Notes under the pieces: generated by a model
The model's database searches: none
Seen by the model: only the letters and a program-made list of their open reading frames with translations
Told to the model about the DNA's origin: nothing
Assembly (NCBI GenBank): GCA_965199955.1
Contig: CBDATQ010000002.1
Coordinates: 352,001 to 416,000, forward strand
Direction: 5' to 3'
Length of the DNA: 64,000 nt
Source: Spirochaetia bacterium
GTDB lineage: Bacteria; Spirochaetota; Spirochaetia; SZUA-6; Bin103
Made by a program: the position numbers and the translations under genes
In this document: positions 1-10,112 of the stretch, one piece after another
Layout: every line of letters starts with the position of its first letter
How positions within the stretch are numbered: the first letter of the stretch is position 1

Positions 1-1
1 C

Positions 2-955
2 GTCACGGGCAGGGACCGGGAAATCACGCGCGACGACGTGGAGCGCGTAATCGACGCCGCCAAGGCGATCGTCATACCCATGGACCGGGAGGTCGTCCAC
101 GTGATCCCGCAGGAATTCACCGTCGACCAGCAGGACGGCATACGGGATCCGATCGGGATGATGGGCGTGCGGCTGGAGGCCGAGGTCCACATCATCACCG
201 GCGCGGTTTCCTCGGCACAGAACATCATCCGCTGCATCAACCGCGCCGGCTTCAAGGCCGACGACATCGTCCTGGAGCCGCTGGCCGCCGCCGCGGCCGT
301 GCTGAGCAGGGACGAGCAGGAGTTGGGCGTGCTGCTGGTCGACATCGGTGGCGGCACGAGTGACACCCTCGCCTATCTGGACGGTGCACCGTACCTGACC
401 AATGTTCTCGCGCTCGGCGGCGACCAGGTCACCAGCGACATCTCCATCATGCTGAAGACGCCCATGGAAGTGGCCGAGCGTCTCAAGCACGAGGCGGGGA
501 GCTGCCATCCCGACGATCTGGACGACGACGAGATCGAAGCCAGCATTCCGGGGGTGGGTGGCCGCCCGCCGCGGCCCATCAAGCGAAGCCGCCTGACGGA
601 GATCATTCGGCCGCGCATGACCGAAGTGTTCGGGATGGTGAAGGATCAGTTGGACCGTGCCGGGTACCTCAAGCTGCTGAGCGGCGGCGTCGTGCTGACC
701 GGCGGCGGCGCGCTGCTGCCCGGTGCGGCGGAGTTGGCGACCGACGTGTTGGGACTGCCGGCGCGGATCGGACATCCGAGGCCCATGGGCGGACTGGTGG
801 AGGAGTACCGCAGCCCGCAGTTCGCGACGGGTGTCGGCCTGGTGATGTACGGCCACGGCAAGCGGCGCCCGGAACACTTCGACATGGATACCAGTGAAAG
901 CGGCTACGACAGCGTCTGGGACCGCATGAAACGCTGGTTTCGCGAATTCATATGA
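2..955 (+). CDS. ftsA: Cell division protein FtsA (5'-truncated by window)
   Basis: Motifs LVDIGGGTSD and VVLTGGGALLPG, amphipathic C-terminus WDRMKRWFREFI; frame open from position 2; precedes ftsZ. Confidence 0.97.
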   Translation, partial: VTGRDREITRDDVERVIDAAKAIVIPMDREVVHVIPQEFTVDQQDGIRDPIGMMGVRLEAEVHIITGAVSSAQNIIRCINRAGFKADDIVLEPLAAAAAVLSRDEQELGVLLVDIGGGTSDTLAYLDGAPYLTNVLALGGDQVTSDISIMLKTPMEVAERLKHEAGSCHPDDLDDDEIEASIPGVGGRPPRPIKRSRLTEIIRPRMTEVFGMVKDQLDRAGYLKLLSGGVVLTGGGALLPGAAELATDVLGLPARIGHPRPMGGLVEEYRSPQFATGVGLVMYGHGKRRPEHFDMDTSESGYDSVWDRMKRWFREFI

Positions 956-993
956 ATACTATATGATACCTGTGGTCATCGAAGGAGGGGACG

Positions 994-2157
994 ATGACGA
1001 TTGAGATACATGATGGGGAGCCGCGGTCTCTCACCGAGATCAAGGTTCTCGGAGTAGGAGGGGGCGGCAGCAACGCCGTCAACCGCATGATCGCTTCCGG
1101 ACTGCGCAATGTGCGCTTCTTGGCGGTGAACACCGACCTGCAGGCGCTGGAGTTGAGCCGATCGGAGTTGAAGGTGCCGATCGGCTCGCGGCTGACCGCG
1201 GGGCTGGGGGCCGGCGGCGATCCCGAAATCGGCGAGAAGGCGGCGTTGGAGGATCAACAACGGCTCGAGGAGGTGCTCCGCGATGCCAACATGGTGTTCA
1301 TCACCGCCGGCATGGGCGGCGGCACCGGTACCGGCGCCGCTCCCATGATCGCACGCACGGCTCGGGAAGCCGACATCCTGACCGTCGGCGTCGTGACCAA
1401 GCCGTTCGAGTTCGAAGGCGCGCGCAAGATGGCGTTGGCCGAAGACGGGATCGAGCGGCTCCGCAAGGAAGTGGACACCCTGATCATTATTCCCAACCAG
1501 CAGTTGCTGCGGATCGTGGAGAAGAAGACCTCCATGAAGGAAGCGTTCTATCTCGCCGACGACGTGCTGCGCCAGGGGGTGCAGGGCATTTCCGACCTCA
1601 TAACCGAGCCGGGCGAAATCAACATCGACTTCGCCGACGTGCGGACCGTGATGAAGGAAAAGGGCGATGCGTTGATGGGCGTCGGCGTGGGAACGGGGGA
1701 GAATCGCGCCGTGGACGCGGCGACCAACGCCATCAACAACCCGCTCCTGGAGCATGCCCGCATCGACGGGGCGCAGGGGATCCTGGTCAACGTGACCGGG
1801 GGTGAGGATCTGTGTCTCACCGAGTACGAGGACGTGCTCAAGATCATCACCGCCGCCTCCGATGAAGCGCTGGTGATCGCGGGGATGGCGACCAATCCGG
1901 ACCTCAACGACGAGTTGCGCGTGACCGTGATCGCCACGGGCTTCAACCGGGAAGCCGAGCAGGCCGAGCCGGAGGAGGCATCCGACGACGAGGTCGACGT
2001 GTTCTCCTACGAGGAGTGGATGAGCCTGAACGGCGGCCGGGGAAGTCGCAACGGCGGGGCGCACCGGGGGCGCGCGGACGATGATCTGAACGTCCCGGCG
2101 GTGCTGCGAGAACAGCAGCGCGCTGCCCACCTCGAGTCCCGGCAGACCGAACCCTGA
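994..2157 (+). CDS. ftsZ: Cell division GTPase FtsZ
   Basis: [10 protein letters not shown], tubulin signature [17 protein letters not shown]-terminal [19 protein letters not shown] upstream. Confidence 0.99.
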   Translation: MTIEIHDGEPRSLTEIKVLGVGGGGSNAVNRMIASGLRNVRFLAVNTDLQALELSRSELKVPIGSRLTAGLGAGGDPEIGEKAALEDQQRLEEVLRDANMVFITAGMGGGTGTGAAPMIARTAREADILTVGVVTKPFEFEGARKMALAEDGIERLRKEVDTLIIIPNQQLLRIVEKKTSMKEAFYLADDVLRQGVQGISDLITEPGEINIDFADVRTVMKEKGDALMGVGVGTGENRAVDAATNAINNPLLEHARIDGAQGILVNVTGGEDLCLTEYEDVLKIITAASDEALVIAGMATNPDLNDELRVTVIATGFNREAEQAEPEEASDDEVDVFSYEEWMSLNGGRGSRNGGAHRGRADDDLNVPAVLREQQRAAHLESRQTEP

Positions 2158-3044
2158 GCGAGCTCGACGCTGACTTCGGCGCGCACCTGAGCGCCGAGCT
2201 CGCGCTGGCCGCGACGAGCGTGGCCACGTACCGGCAGGAGTGCCGGACGTTCGAATACTTCTGCGTCGAGCGCGGCATCGCGATCGCGAACGCCCGCGCC
2301 GCCGACATCATCGACTACCTGATCGAGCGCCAGCGGGGCGGGATCGACGCTCGCACCGCGGCCAAGTCGGTCAGCGCGCTGCGAGCGCTGTATCGATTCC
2401 TGCAGGCAGAAGGAAGAGCAGCGGCGAATCCGGCCGCGTTGATCGATCCGCCGCGGCCGACGCGCAAGCTGCCTGCCGTCCTCAGCCCCTCCGACGTGGA
2501 TCGCGTGCTGGCAGCCGTGGACACGAGCACGCCGTCCGGGCTGCGCGACCGGGCGCTGTTCGAAATGATCTATTCCTGTGGGCTGCGGGTCAGCGAGGCG
2601 GTGGCGCTGCAGGTGACCTCCCTGCATCAGGACCAGGGCTTCGTCACGGTATCCGGCAAGGGCGGGCGTCAGCGCCTGGTGCCGCTGATGGGCGAGGCGC
2701 TCGACTGGATTCAGCGCTATCTGCAAGACGGCCGGCCGGTGCTGGCCGCGCATGCGGGAGAGGCGGCTCTGTTCCTCAACCGCTCGGGTCGGCGGCTCAC
2801 ACGCGCCGGCATGTGGAAGCGGTTCCAGGAGGCCGCCGTAAAGGCGGGGGTCGGCGGCAAGCTGCACGCACTGCGTCACTCGTTTGCCACCCACCTGCTG
2901 GGGGGAGGCGCCGATCTTCTTTCCGTGCAGGAACTGCTCGGTCACGCGGATATCACAACCACCCAGATCTACACCCACCTGGACGCCACCGATTTACGTG
3001 ACGCGCACCGCCGTCACCATCCGCGAGGGAGCGCCGGAACCTAA
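2154..3044 (+). CDS. xerD: Tyrosine recombinase XerD-like (start probably CTG overlapping the ftsZ stop; first GTG at 2220)
   Basis: Catalytic R (CGLRVSE), [28 protein letters not shown]-terminal helix [25 protein letters not shown] lies upstream of 2220. Confidence 0.88.
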   Translation: MSELDADFGAHLSAELALAATSVATYRQECRTFEYFCVERGIAIANARAADIIDYLIERQRGGIDARTAAKSVSALRALYRFLQAEGRAAANPAALIDPPRPTRKLPAVLSPSDVDRVLAAVDTSTPSGLRDRALFEMIYSCGLRVSEAVALQVTSLHQDQGFVTVSGKGGRQRLVPLMGEALDWIQRYLQDGRPVLAAHAGEAALFLNRSGRRLTRAGMWKRFQEAAVKAGVGGKLHALRHSFATHLLGGGADLLSVQELLGHADITTTQIYTHLDATDLRDAHRRHHPRGSAGT

Positions 3045-3093
3045 AGCACCGCGGACGTGCTGCCGTTTGTATGGTCGGAGGACGCAAGCGCGG

Positions 3094-4137
3094 TTGCAGG
3101 ACGGGGAACGGGTTACGGGGGCTGATGGACGCTGTCGGGAAGCGGCCGGCGATCTTCTCGTCGCCGCCCTGGCGATCGATCGCATCGGCTGCCTGAACGC
3201 GATGGAGAAGCTGCGCTTGCTCGATCGCGCCCCGGACGTGAGTGCCGTCTCGCGACTCACTCCCCGCATGGTGCGGGAGGTGTCGGCGCGCCGCCTGCGC
3301 GCCGTCCCGGAGGAGCCCGGCAGGCTCGTGGAGGCCGCGGCGCGGGAACGATCGCGCTTGACGCAGCTTGGCGGAGGCTGCATGTTGTACGGCAGCAGGC
3401 GGTATCCGCCGCTGCTGACGGCGATCCACGATCCGCCGTTCCTGCTGTACTACCGTGGCCATCACCCTGAGCTTCTCGCGTCCGCCGATCACCTGTCGGT
3501 CGTCGGCACCCGTCGCCCGTCTGGGGCGGGCCGGCGCGCGGCGTTCGAGGTCGGATTCCAGGCGGCACGGCGGGGCGCGACCGTAGTGTCGGGGCTTGCG
3601 CGTGGCGTCGACACGGAGGCTCACCGGGGTTGCGTGGCCGCCGGCGGCCGCACGGTGGCCGTCCTGGGAACCGGCGTCGACACGATCTATCCGGCTTCGA
3701 GCGCATCGGTGGCGCGTTCCCTGATCGCCGCCGACGGCCTTCTCCTCTCCGAGTACCCGCTGGGCACGCAGCCGCGCCGGCATCATTTCCCGTGCCGGAA
3801 CCGGATCATCAGCGGCCTGTCGACCACGCTCGTCGTGATCCAGGCGCCGGAGGGATCCGGAGCGCTGATCACGGCCGACCATGCTCTCGATCAGGGCCGG
3901 GAGGTGGTGGTGCATGCTGCCGGCCTGGGTGACGCGCAGTGTTCAGCCGGCAGCGACGCACTGGCGGCCGACGGCGCTCACGTCATCGAAACCGCCGCCG
4001 GCGCGCGTGCACGGGTTCCGGGCCCGGTCAGGGGTGATGCCGGCGTGGGCAAGAGGCTCTCGCGGTCGCTGCAGGCAGAGCTGACCGGCGCGTCGTCCTG
4101 CTACGGGGGTGATGCCTACGGGGGTGATGATGGTTGA
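3094..4137 (+). CDS. dprA: DNA-processing protein DprA/Smf (start uncertain)
   Basis: YPPLLTAIHDPP, VVGTRRPS, VSGLARGVD, FPCRNRIISGLS, SGALITA; GGAGG before TTG 3094. Confidence 0.93.
   Translation: MQDGERVTGADGRCREAAGDLLVAALAIDRIGCLNAMEKLRLLDRAPDVSAVSRLTPRMVREVSARRLRAVPEEPGRLVEAAARERSRLTQLGGGCMLYGSRRYPPLLTAIHDPPFLLYYRGHHPELLASADHLSVVGTRRPSGAGRRAAFEVGFQAARRGATVVSGLARGVDTEAHRGCVAAGGRTVAVLGTGVDTIYPASSASVARSLIAADGLLLSEYPLGTQPRRHHFPCRNRIISGLSTTLVVIQAPEGSGALITADHALDQGREVVVHAAGLGDAQCSAGSDALAADGAHVIETAAGARARVPGPVRGDAGVGKRLSRSLQAELTGASSCYGGDAYGGDDG
4101..4130 (+). repeat. 15-bp tandem duplication (ctacgggggtgatg x2) at the dprA/xerC junction
   Basis: ctacgggggtgatgc followed by ctacgggggtgatga, read directly. 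Confidence 0.85.
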
Positions 4138-5047
4138 CACCTTCGTCGCCTATCTCAACGCCGTCCGGCACAGTTCCCCCGCCACCGTCGCTGCGTATCG
4201 GCGGGAGGTGGAGCGTTTTCTGCGCTCTACCGGCACCGAGGATCCCCGTTCGGTCCAGCCCGCTGCCGTACGCCGTTATCTCGCCACGCTCGCGCAGGGG
4301 GGCTTGGGCCCACGGTCGGTGAATCGGGCGATAAGTGCAATCCGCTCCTTCTATCGATTCCTGCGGCGTTATGACGCCGACACTCCGGATCCCACCGCGG
4401 GTCTGCGCGGCCTGCGCGCCGATTCGCAGTTGCCCGTCTTCCTGTTCGAGGACGAGGCCGCGGCCATGTTGGACTCCGCGACGGTGCTGGGCTCCGCGGC
4501 CGAGCCGCCGGGAGACGGCCTGACGGCCGTGCGGGACGCGGCGCTGCTGGAGTTCCTGTACGCGACCGGTTGCCGCGTCGCGGAGGCAGCGGCACTGCGG
4601 TTCGAAGACGTTCAGCTCGAAGCGCGTACCGCCCGGGTGACCGGCAAGGGAGGCAAGCAGCGGATGGTCTACCTGACGGAGTCGGCGGCCCGCTCGCTGC
4701 GAACGTACCTGCGCGACCGGTTCGCCGCGAACCCCGAGTCGCGGTCGGTGCCCGCAGTCTTTCTCAACCGGCGGGGCGGCGCCCTCAGCGACCGCGGCAT
4801 GCGCCTTGCGGTAAGCCGCTACCGCCACCAGGTCGGCAAGCCGGTCTCGCCGCACACCTTCCGGCACAGCTTCGCGACGCACCTGCTCAACGGCGGCGCC
4901 GACATCCGCACGGTGCAGGAGCTGCTTGGCCACGCCAGCCTGTCCACCACCCAGGTCTATACCCACACCAGCGTGGACCGGCTCCGTGACGTCTATGCCG
5001 TCGCCCACCCCCACGCCCGGCTGGCCCGCCCGGGAACCGCGACGTGA
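4127..5047 (+). CDS. xerC: Tyrosine recombinase XerC-like
   Basis: [41 protein letters not shown]; directly upstream of hslVU. Confidence 0.88.
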   Translation: MMVDTFVAYLNAVRHSSPATVAAYRREVERFLRSTGTEDPRSVQPAAVRRYLATLAQGGLGPRSVNRAISAIRSFYRFLRRYDADTPDPTAGLRGLRADSQLPVFLFEDEAAAMLDSATVLGSAAEPPGDGLTAVRDAALLEFLYATGCRVAEAAALRFEDVQLEARTARVTGKGGKQRMVYLTESAARSLRTYLRDRFAANPESRSVPAVFLNRRGGALSDRGMRLAVSRYRHQVGKPVSPHTFRHSFATHLLNGGADIRTVQELLGHASLSTTQVYTHTSVDRLRDVYAVAHPHARLARPGTAT

Positions 5048-5631
5048 CCGCACGCGACGGGTGGGCGCACGCCACCACCGTGGTCGCCGTCCGCCGCGAC
5101 GGCACGCTGGCACTGGCGGCCGACGGTCAGGTCTCCCTGGAGGCGACCGTGGTGAAGAGCACCGCGCGCAAGGTGCGAACGCTGATGGGCGGCAGGATCG
5201 CGGTCGGCTTCGCCGGCGGCACGGCGGACGCCTTCACGCTGTTCGAACGCTTCGAGGCGAAGGTGAAGGAGTTCGGCGGGGACTTGATGCGTGCGTCGGT
5301 GGAGCTGGCAAAGGAGTGGCGTTCCGATCGGGTTCTGCGGCGGTTGGAGGCGTTGCTGGTCGCGGGGGACGCGCACGCCACGTTTCTGATCACCGGCAAC
5401 GGCGACGTGCTGGAGCCGGATCACCCTGTTGTGGGGATCGGTTCGGGAGGCGCATACGCCGCCGCCGCGGCGCGTGCCTACCTGGACGCCTCGGATCTCC
5501 CGGCTCGCGAGATAGCCCAGCGCGCGATGGCGATCGCCGCCGACATCTGCGTGTATACGAACGACCGGATCGTCATCGAGGAGGTTTCGCCCAAGGCCGA
5601 TTCGCCCAAGGAGAGGGTCGATGACCGTTGA
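5044..5631 (+). CDS. hslV: ATP-dependent protease subunit HslV
   Basis: Propeptide then [37 protein letters not shown] overlap with xerC. Confidence 0.97.
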   Translation: MTARDGWAHATTVVAVRRDGTLALAADGQVSLEATVVKSTARKVRTLMGGRIAVGFAGGTADAFTLFERFEAKVKEFGGDLMRASVELAKEWRSDRVLRRLEALLVAGDAHATFLITGNGDVLEPDHPVVGIGSGGAYAAAAARAYLDASDLPAREIAQRAMAIAADICVYTNDRIVIEEVSPKADSPKERVDDR

Positions 5632-6997
5632 TCTGGACCAGTTGACGCCGGCGCAGATCGTCGAGCAGCTCGATCGCTATATCGTCGGTCAGCACAGGGC
5701 CAAGCGGGCAGTCGCCATCGCGCTGCGCAACCGGATGCGCAGGCGCAGGCTGCCGAGCGAGTTGCGCGACGAGGTTTCCCCCAAGAACATCGTCATGATC
5801 GGGCCCACCGGCGTCGGCAAGACCGAGATCGCACGACGGCTGGCCAAGCTGTGTGGCGCTCCGTTTCTGAAAGTGGAAGCCACCAAGTACACGGAAGTCG
5901 GCTACGTCGGCCGCGACGTGGAGTCCATGATCCGCGACCTGACCTCCGTGGCGGTAGCAATGGTCAAGGCGGAAGAGCAGGCAGGCGTCCAGGAAGAGGC
6001 GGAACGTCGGGTCGAGGACCACCTGCTGGAGCTGCTGCTGCCCGGGCCGGGGCCAGGGGGCGGGCCGGGGCCGGCGGCTGCCACTCCCGCCGCCGACGCG
6101 GCCAAGCCTGAAGCCGGAAACAGCACCGCGGACAAGCTTCGTGAGAAACTGCGGGCGGGCGACCTGGACGATCGGCCGGTGGAGGTCACCGTCAGCGCCC
6201 AGCAGATGCCCAACGTGTCCATCCTGTCCGGGCAGGGAGTCGAGGAGATGGACCTCAACTTCAGCAACTTCTCCAGCCTGTTGGGCGGCAAGGCCACCAA
6301 GAAGAAGAAGGCGTCGATCAAGCGAGCGCGGCAGATGCTGTTGAACGAGGAGATCGACCGGCTGGTTGACATGGACCGGGTTTCGGAGTTGGCGGTAGAA
6401 CGTGTACAGGAGATGGGGATCATCTTCCTGGACGAGCTGGACAAGATCGCGTCACGCGAGGGCCGCAACGGCGTGGACGTCTCGAGGGAGGGCGTGCAGC
6501 GCGACATCCTTCCGATCGTCGAGGGCAGCAAGGTCAATACGCGACACGGCGTGGTTGACACCACGCACGTGCTGTTCATCGCCGCTGGCGCGTTTCACAT
6601 GTCCAAGCCTTCGGATCTGATCCCGGAGCTCCAGGGCCGTTTCCCGATTCGCGTCGAGTTGCAGCAGCTGTCCCGTGAGGACTTCGAACGAATCCTCACG
6701 CAGCCGGAGAACGCCCTGATCAAGCAGTACACGGAGTTGCTCGGGACCGAGGGGGTCGAGCTCGAATTCACCCCGGAAGCGATCGTGCGCATCTCCGAAG
6801 TCGCGAATGAGGTGAACTCCAGCACCGAGAATATCGGAGCGCGCAGGCTGCACACGATTCTGGAACACATCCTCGAGGAGGTGTCGTTCCACGCACCCGA
6901 CGCAAAGGGGCAGAAGATTACGGTGACCGACCAGTACGTGGACGAACGGCTGGCCGGCGTCATCGAGGATCGTGACCTGACGCGCTTCATCCTGTAG
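5621..6997 (+). CDS. hslU: ATP-dependent protease ATPase HslU
   Basis: [44 protein letters not shown]-terminal DLTRFIL. Confidence 0.98.
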   Translation: MTVDLDQLTPAQIVEQLDRYIVGQHRAKRAVAIALRNRMRRRRLPSELRDEVSPKNIVMIGPTGVGKTEIARRLAKLCGAPFLKVEATKYTEVGYVGRDVESMIRDLTSVAVAMVKAEEQAGVQEEAERRVEDHLLELLLPGPGPGGGPGPAAATPAADAAKPEAGNSTADKLREKLRAGDLDDRPVEVTVSAQQMPNVSILSGQGVEEMDLNFSNFSSLLGGKATKKKKASIKRARQMLLNEEIDRLVDMDRVSELAVERVQEMGIIFLDELDKIASREGRNGVDVSREGVQRDILPIVEGSKVNTRHGVVDTTHVLFIAAGAFHMSKPSDLIPELQGRFPIRVELQQLSREDFERILTQPENALIKQYTELLGTEGVELEFTPEAIVRISEVANEVNSSTENIGARRLHTILEHILEEVSFHAPDAKGQKITVTDQYVDERLAGVIEDRDLTRFIL

Positions 6998-7024
6998 CAG
7001 GACTCCCATTCCACCTGGCGCACG

Positions 7025-7053
7025 TTGACGGCCCACCCGTCCCGGGTTAGGTT
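7025..7053 (+). promoter_or_regulatory. sigma70-type promoter just downstream of hslU
   Basis: TTGACG (7025-30), 17-nt spacer, TAGGTT (7048-53). Confidence 0.7.
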
Positions 7054-7090
7054 CGGGGTTCGTTTCGGCGTCACTGGGAGGGGACACTGA

Positions 7091-7252
7091 ATGACCATAG
7101 ACCGCGGTCCGCGGCGGCGTCCGCACTCCGGGCCGCACTCTGCTGTCCGCTGCCCGACTGCGCGCGCCCCGCGTGCTGCCGCCCCGCTCCGGCGGCAGCG
7201 CGCTGGCGGAACGAGCCGCAGATGCACCGCTTGGCGGCGTGGCGTGCCCTGA
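7091..7252 (+). other. 53-codon Arg/Pro-rich small ORF with a strong SD; coding status doubtful
   Basis: GGGAGGGG at 7076-83, ATG 7091, TGA 7250-52; MTIDRGPRRRPHSGPHSAVRCPTARAP...; no recognisable motif. Confidence 0.3.
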
Positions 7253-7267
7253 TGTATACATGCTAAC

Positions 7268-8140
7268 ATGGCGAAAGGCGGGGTGGCTTGGAAGACCGAT
7301 GACGACGGCAGCGAAGCTGGGCGGCGGCCCGCGCGGAGTGGAGCGCTCGTGATCAAGGCGAATCCGCGCTGGCATGAGATGCCGGAGAACGACCTGTGGA
7401 ACCGCTATCGAAAGCAGCGGGACCCGTCCATCCGGGAGTACTTCGTGCATCAGTACGCGCCGCTGGTGAAGTACGTGGCGGGACGGGTCGCGATCGGCAT
7501 GCCGAGCGCTGTCGATTTCGACGACCTTGTGCAGTGCGGGATGTTCGGGTTGTTCGACGCCATCAGCAAGTTTGATCCCACCAAGCACGTCAAGTTCAAG
7601 ACGTACGCGGTGACCCGTATTCGCGGCGCGATCTTCGACGAGCTGCGTGCGATCGACTGGGTGCCGCGGTCGGTGCGTCAGAAGGCGCGGGAAGTGGAGG
7701 ACACGGTCCGCGAACTGGAGGCCGGCCTGGGACGGGCGGCGACCGACGAGGAGATCGCCGGAGGCATGGGTGTCAGCGTTCAGGAATTCCAGCGGGTTCT
7801 GGTGCGGATCGCCGGCACCGCGGTCGTGTCGCTGAACGACGTCTGGCACGGCGGTGAGGACGAGGATCGCGTGTCGATCGAGGACAACATCGAGTCGCCG
7901 ACGGAGTCCGGACCCGCGACCATCGCCGAGAAGGAAGAGATGAGGCGGGTGATCGTGGAGGCGATCAGGGAGTTGCCGGAGAACGAGCAGCAGGTCCTTG
8001 CGCTGTACTACTATGAGGAGTTGACCCTCAAGGAGATCGGGCAGGTGCTGGAGGTGACCGAGTCACGCGTGTCGCAGCTTCACACCAAGGCCCGATTGCG
8101 CCTGCGGACCAAGCTCACGAACGTCAAGCGCGGCATCTGA
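7268..8140 (+). CDS. fliA: RNA polymerase sigma factor FliA/WhiG (sigma28); start could be 7379
   Basis: YAPLVKYVAGR, FKTYAVTRIRGAIFDELRAIDWVPRSVR, LYYYEELTLKEIGQVLEVTESRVSQLH. Confidence 0.95.
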   Translation: MAKGGVAWKTDDDGSEAGRRPARSGALVIKANPRWHEMPENDLWNRYRKQRDPSIREYFVHQYAPLVKYVAGRVAIGMPSAVDFDDLVQCGMFGLFDAISKFDPTKHVKFKTYAVTRIRGAIFDELRAIDWVPRSVRQKAREVEDTVRELEAGLGRAATDEEIAGGMGVSVQEFQRVLVRIAGTAVVSLNDVWHGGEDEDRVSIEDNIESPTESGPATIAEKEEMRRVIVEAIRELPENEQQVLALYYYEELTLKEIGQVLEVTESRVSQLHTKARLRLRTKLTNVKRGI

Positions 8141-8171
8141 GGCCGCGGGGCGCCCGGAAGGCGCCAGGCTC

Positions 8172-10049
8172 TCACCGCAGGGTGAGGCGCACCTCCAGAC
8201 CGTCGCTGATCGGTGTTCCCGGCGGCGGACTCTGCCCGTGCACGAAGCCGTTGCCGATCAGTTGCACGAACAACCGGCTGTCGCTCAGCAGGGGCAGCAG
8301 GCTGCGCTTCGGGAGCCCACGATAGTCGCCGATCGCCGCTTCCTGTATCACCGGAGCGGCTGGCGTTTGCCGCGTGATGGCACCCTGGTACCGCACGCGC
8401 GGTGATTCGGCGCTCGACAGCGACAGGTACGGCACGAGGAATGCGGCGGCTTCCGCGAACAGCGGAGCCGCGATCAGGCCGCCGTATCGGGAAGGCCCTC
8501 GCGGATTGCGAATGGCGACGTAGAAGATCACCTGCGGGTTCTCGGTCGGCGCAATGGCCAGGAACGACGCGATCACCGCGTCTTCGGAATAGGATCCCGT
8601 GTACTCGTCCAGTATCTCCGCGGTGCCGGTCTTGCCGGAGACCCGAAGGCCGGGAACGCGTGCCAGCACGGCCGTGCCCCCGGGCTCGGTCGCGCCTTCC
8701 ATCATGGCAAGCATGGTGCGGGCGACCGCGGGTCTCACGACCCGGCGCACCGGTTCGGGCAGAAAGTCCTTGACGGTGGTGCCGTCGGCGCCGACCACCC
8801 GCCGCACGATCCGCGGCCGCATCATCACTCCGTCGTTGGCGATGGCGCTGGCGGCGCGCATGATCTGGACCGCCGACACTGCCACTTCCTGACCCATCGT
8901 CACGGTCGGCTTGGAGCGCAGCGACCACCGCTCGACGTCGTGGAAGATGCCGGCGGTCTCACCGGAGAAGGGAAGGTCGACCGCGGAGCCGAATCCGAAT
9001 GCGCTGAGCGCGGCATGGAAGCTCCCGTCGTCGATCCGGTCGGAGGCGTAGCCGGCACCCGCGTTGCACGAATACCTGATGATGTCCGCGGTAGTGATCG
9101 TGCCGTGTTTCTTCAGGTCCGCGATCCGAATGGTGCCGCCGCCCGGAGTGTGTCGTGTGTAGCGGCCGCCGCAATAGAAGGTATCGGTCGGCGTTACCGC
9201 ACCGCTCTCCAGCAAGGACGCAATCGAGAACACTTTGAACACGGACCCGGGTTCGTACGCGACCGCGACGGGACGGTTGATGCGGGTCTGCGCCGAGCTC
9301 GTGTCGATCGAGTTCGGGTCATAGCGCGGCGATGCCGCATAGGCCAGCAACTCCCCGGTCTGCGGCACCATGACCAGGATCGTTACCCATTGGGCCCGGT
9401 GCTCGGTACGCGCACGAACCGCGATCTGCTCCATCGCGTATTGCACGTTCACGTCGATGGTCAGCACCACCTGGTGGCCGCGCACGAGTTGTTCTCCTGG
9501 CTGGACGACGGCCGGCGACAGCACGTGATCGAAGGTGTTCTCGATCCCGTCAAGTCCGACGCCGTCGACACCCACGAAGCCGAGTACATGGCTGGCAAGT
9601 TCCTGCTCGGGGTAGGTGCGCCCGAACTCGGTTTGCAGCGACACGCCACGCAGTTCGCCGGCCTGCAGATGCGTGCGCAGTTGCGCCGACTCGGTCGGGG
9701 TGATCTTGCGCTTGAGATACGCGAAGTGGGGCCGGCCCCGGAGCCGCTGTTCCATCCGCGACCGGTCGAGGTCCAGCACTTCGCTCAGCGTGGCCGCGGC
9801 TGCCGCGGGGTCGGTTACGTCCGGGGTCCAGACCGAAACCGAGTCGAAACGCGTTGCGATCGCCAGCAGCCGCCCGTTTCGGTCCAGTATGGGCCCGCGT
9901 TCGACGTCGGAAACCTGCACGGCGGCGCGCGGATCCGGCAACGGCTGGACGACCATCAGCCAGACGAACCGAGCCGCGATCGCCACGGCAAGAACGCCCA
10001 GGCCCATGATCACCGTCCACATGCGGTAGCGTTCGCGCGCTTCCAACAT
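8172..10049 (-). CDS. ftsI: Class B penicillin-binding protein (FtsI/PBP3-like) with C-terminal PASTA-like region
   Basis: N-terminal TM, RGPILDRNG, SxxK (PGSVFK), SxN (YSCN), KTG (GKTGTA); start reassigned to ATG 10049. Confidence 0.88.
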   Translation of the reverse strand: MLEARERYRMWTVIMGLGVLAVAIAARFVWLMVVQPLPDPRAAVQVSDVERGPILDRNGRLLAIATRFDSVSVWTPDVTDPAAAAATLSEVLDLDRSRMEQRLRGRPHFAYLKRKITPTESAQLRTHLQAGELRGVSLQTEFGRTYPEQELASHVLGFVGVDGVGLDGIENTFDHVLSPAVVQPGEQLVRGHQVVLTIDVNVQYAMEQIAVRARTEHRAQWVTILVMVPQTGELLAYAASPRYDPNSIDTSSAQTRINRPVAVAYEPGSVFKVFSIASLLESGAVTPTDTFYCGGRYTRHTPGGGTIRIADLKKHGTITTADIIRYSCNAGAGYASDRIDDGSFHAALSAFGFGSAVDLPFSGETAGIFHDVERWSLRSKPTVTMGQEVAVSAVQIMRAASAIANDGVMMRPRIVRRVVGADGTTVKDFLPEPVRRVVRPAVARTMLAMMEGATEPGGTAVLARVPGLRVSGKTGTAEILDEYTGSYSEDAVIASFLAIAPTENPQVIFYVAIRNPRGPSRYGGLIAAPLFAEAAAFLVPYLSLSSAESPRVRYQGAITRQTPAAPVIQEAAIGDYRGLPKRSLLPLLSDSRLFVQLIGNGFVHGQSPPPGTPISDGLEVRLTLR

Positions 10050-10072
10050 CGGTGCCGTGCGGGTCCCCGGAA

Positions 10073-10101
10073 AGTGTAATAGGTGGCGCGGGATGTGTCG
10101 A
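10073..10101 (-). promoter_or_regulatory. sigma70-type promoter for the PBP gene
   Basis: Minus strand TCGACA-17-TACACT. Confidence 0.55.
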
Positions 10102-10112
10102 TACAGAGGACG

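Noticed and set aside
2154..5047. Two tyrosine recombinases as a possible integrative element or invertible switch
   Set aside because: They match XerD/XerC in the conserved ftsZ-dprA-hslVU context; no att sites, cargo or composition shift
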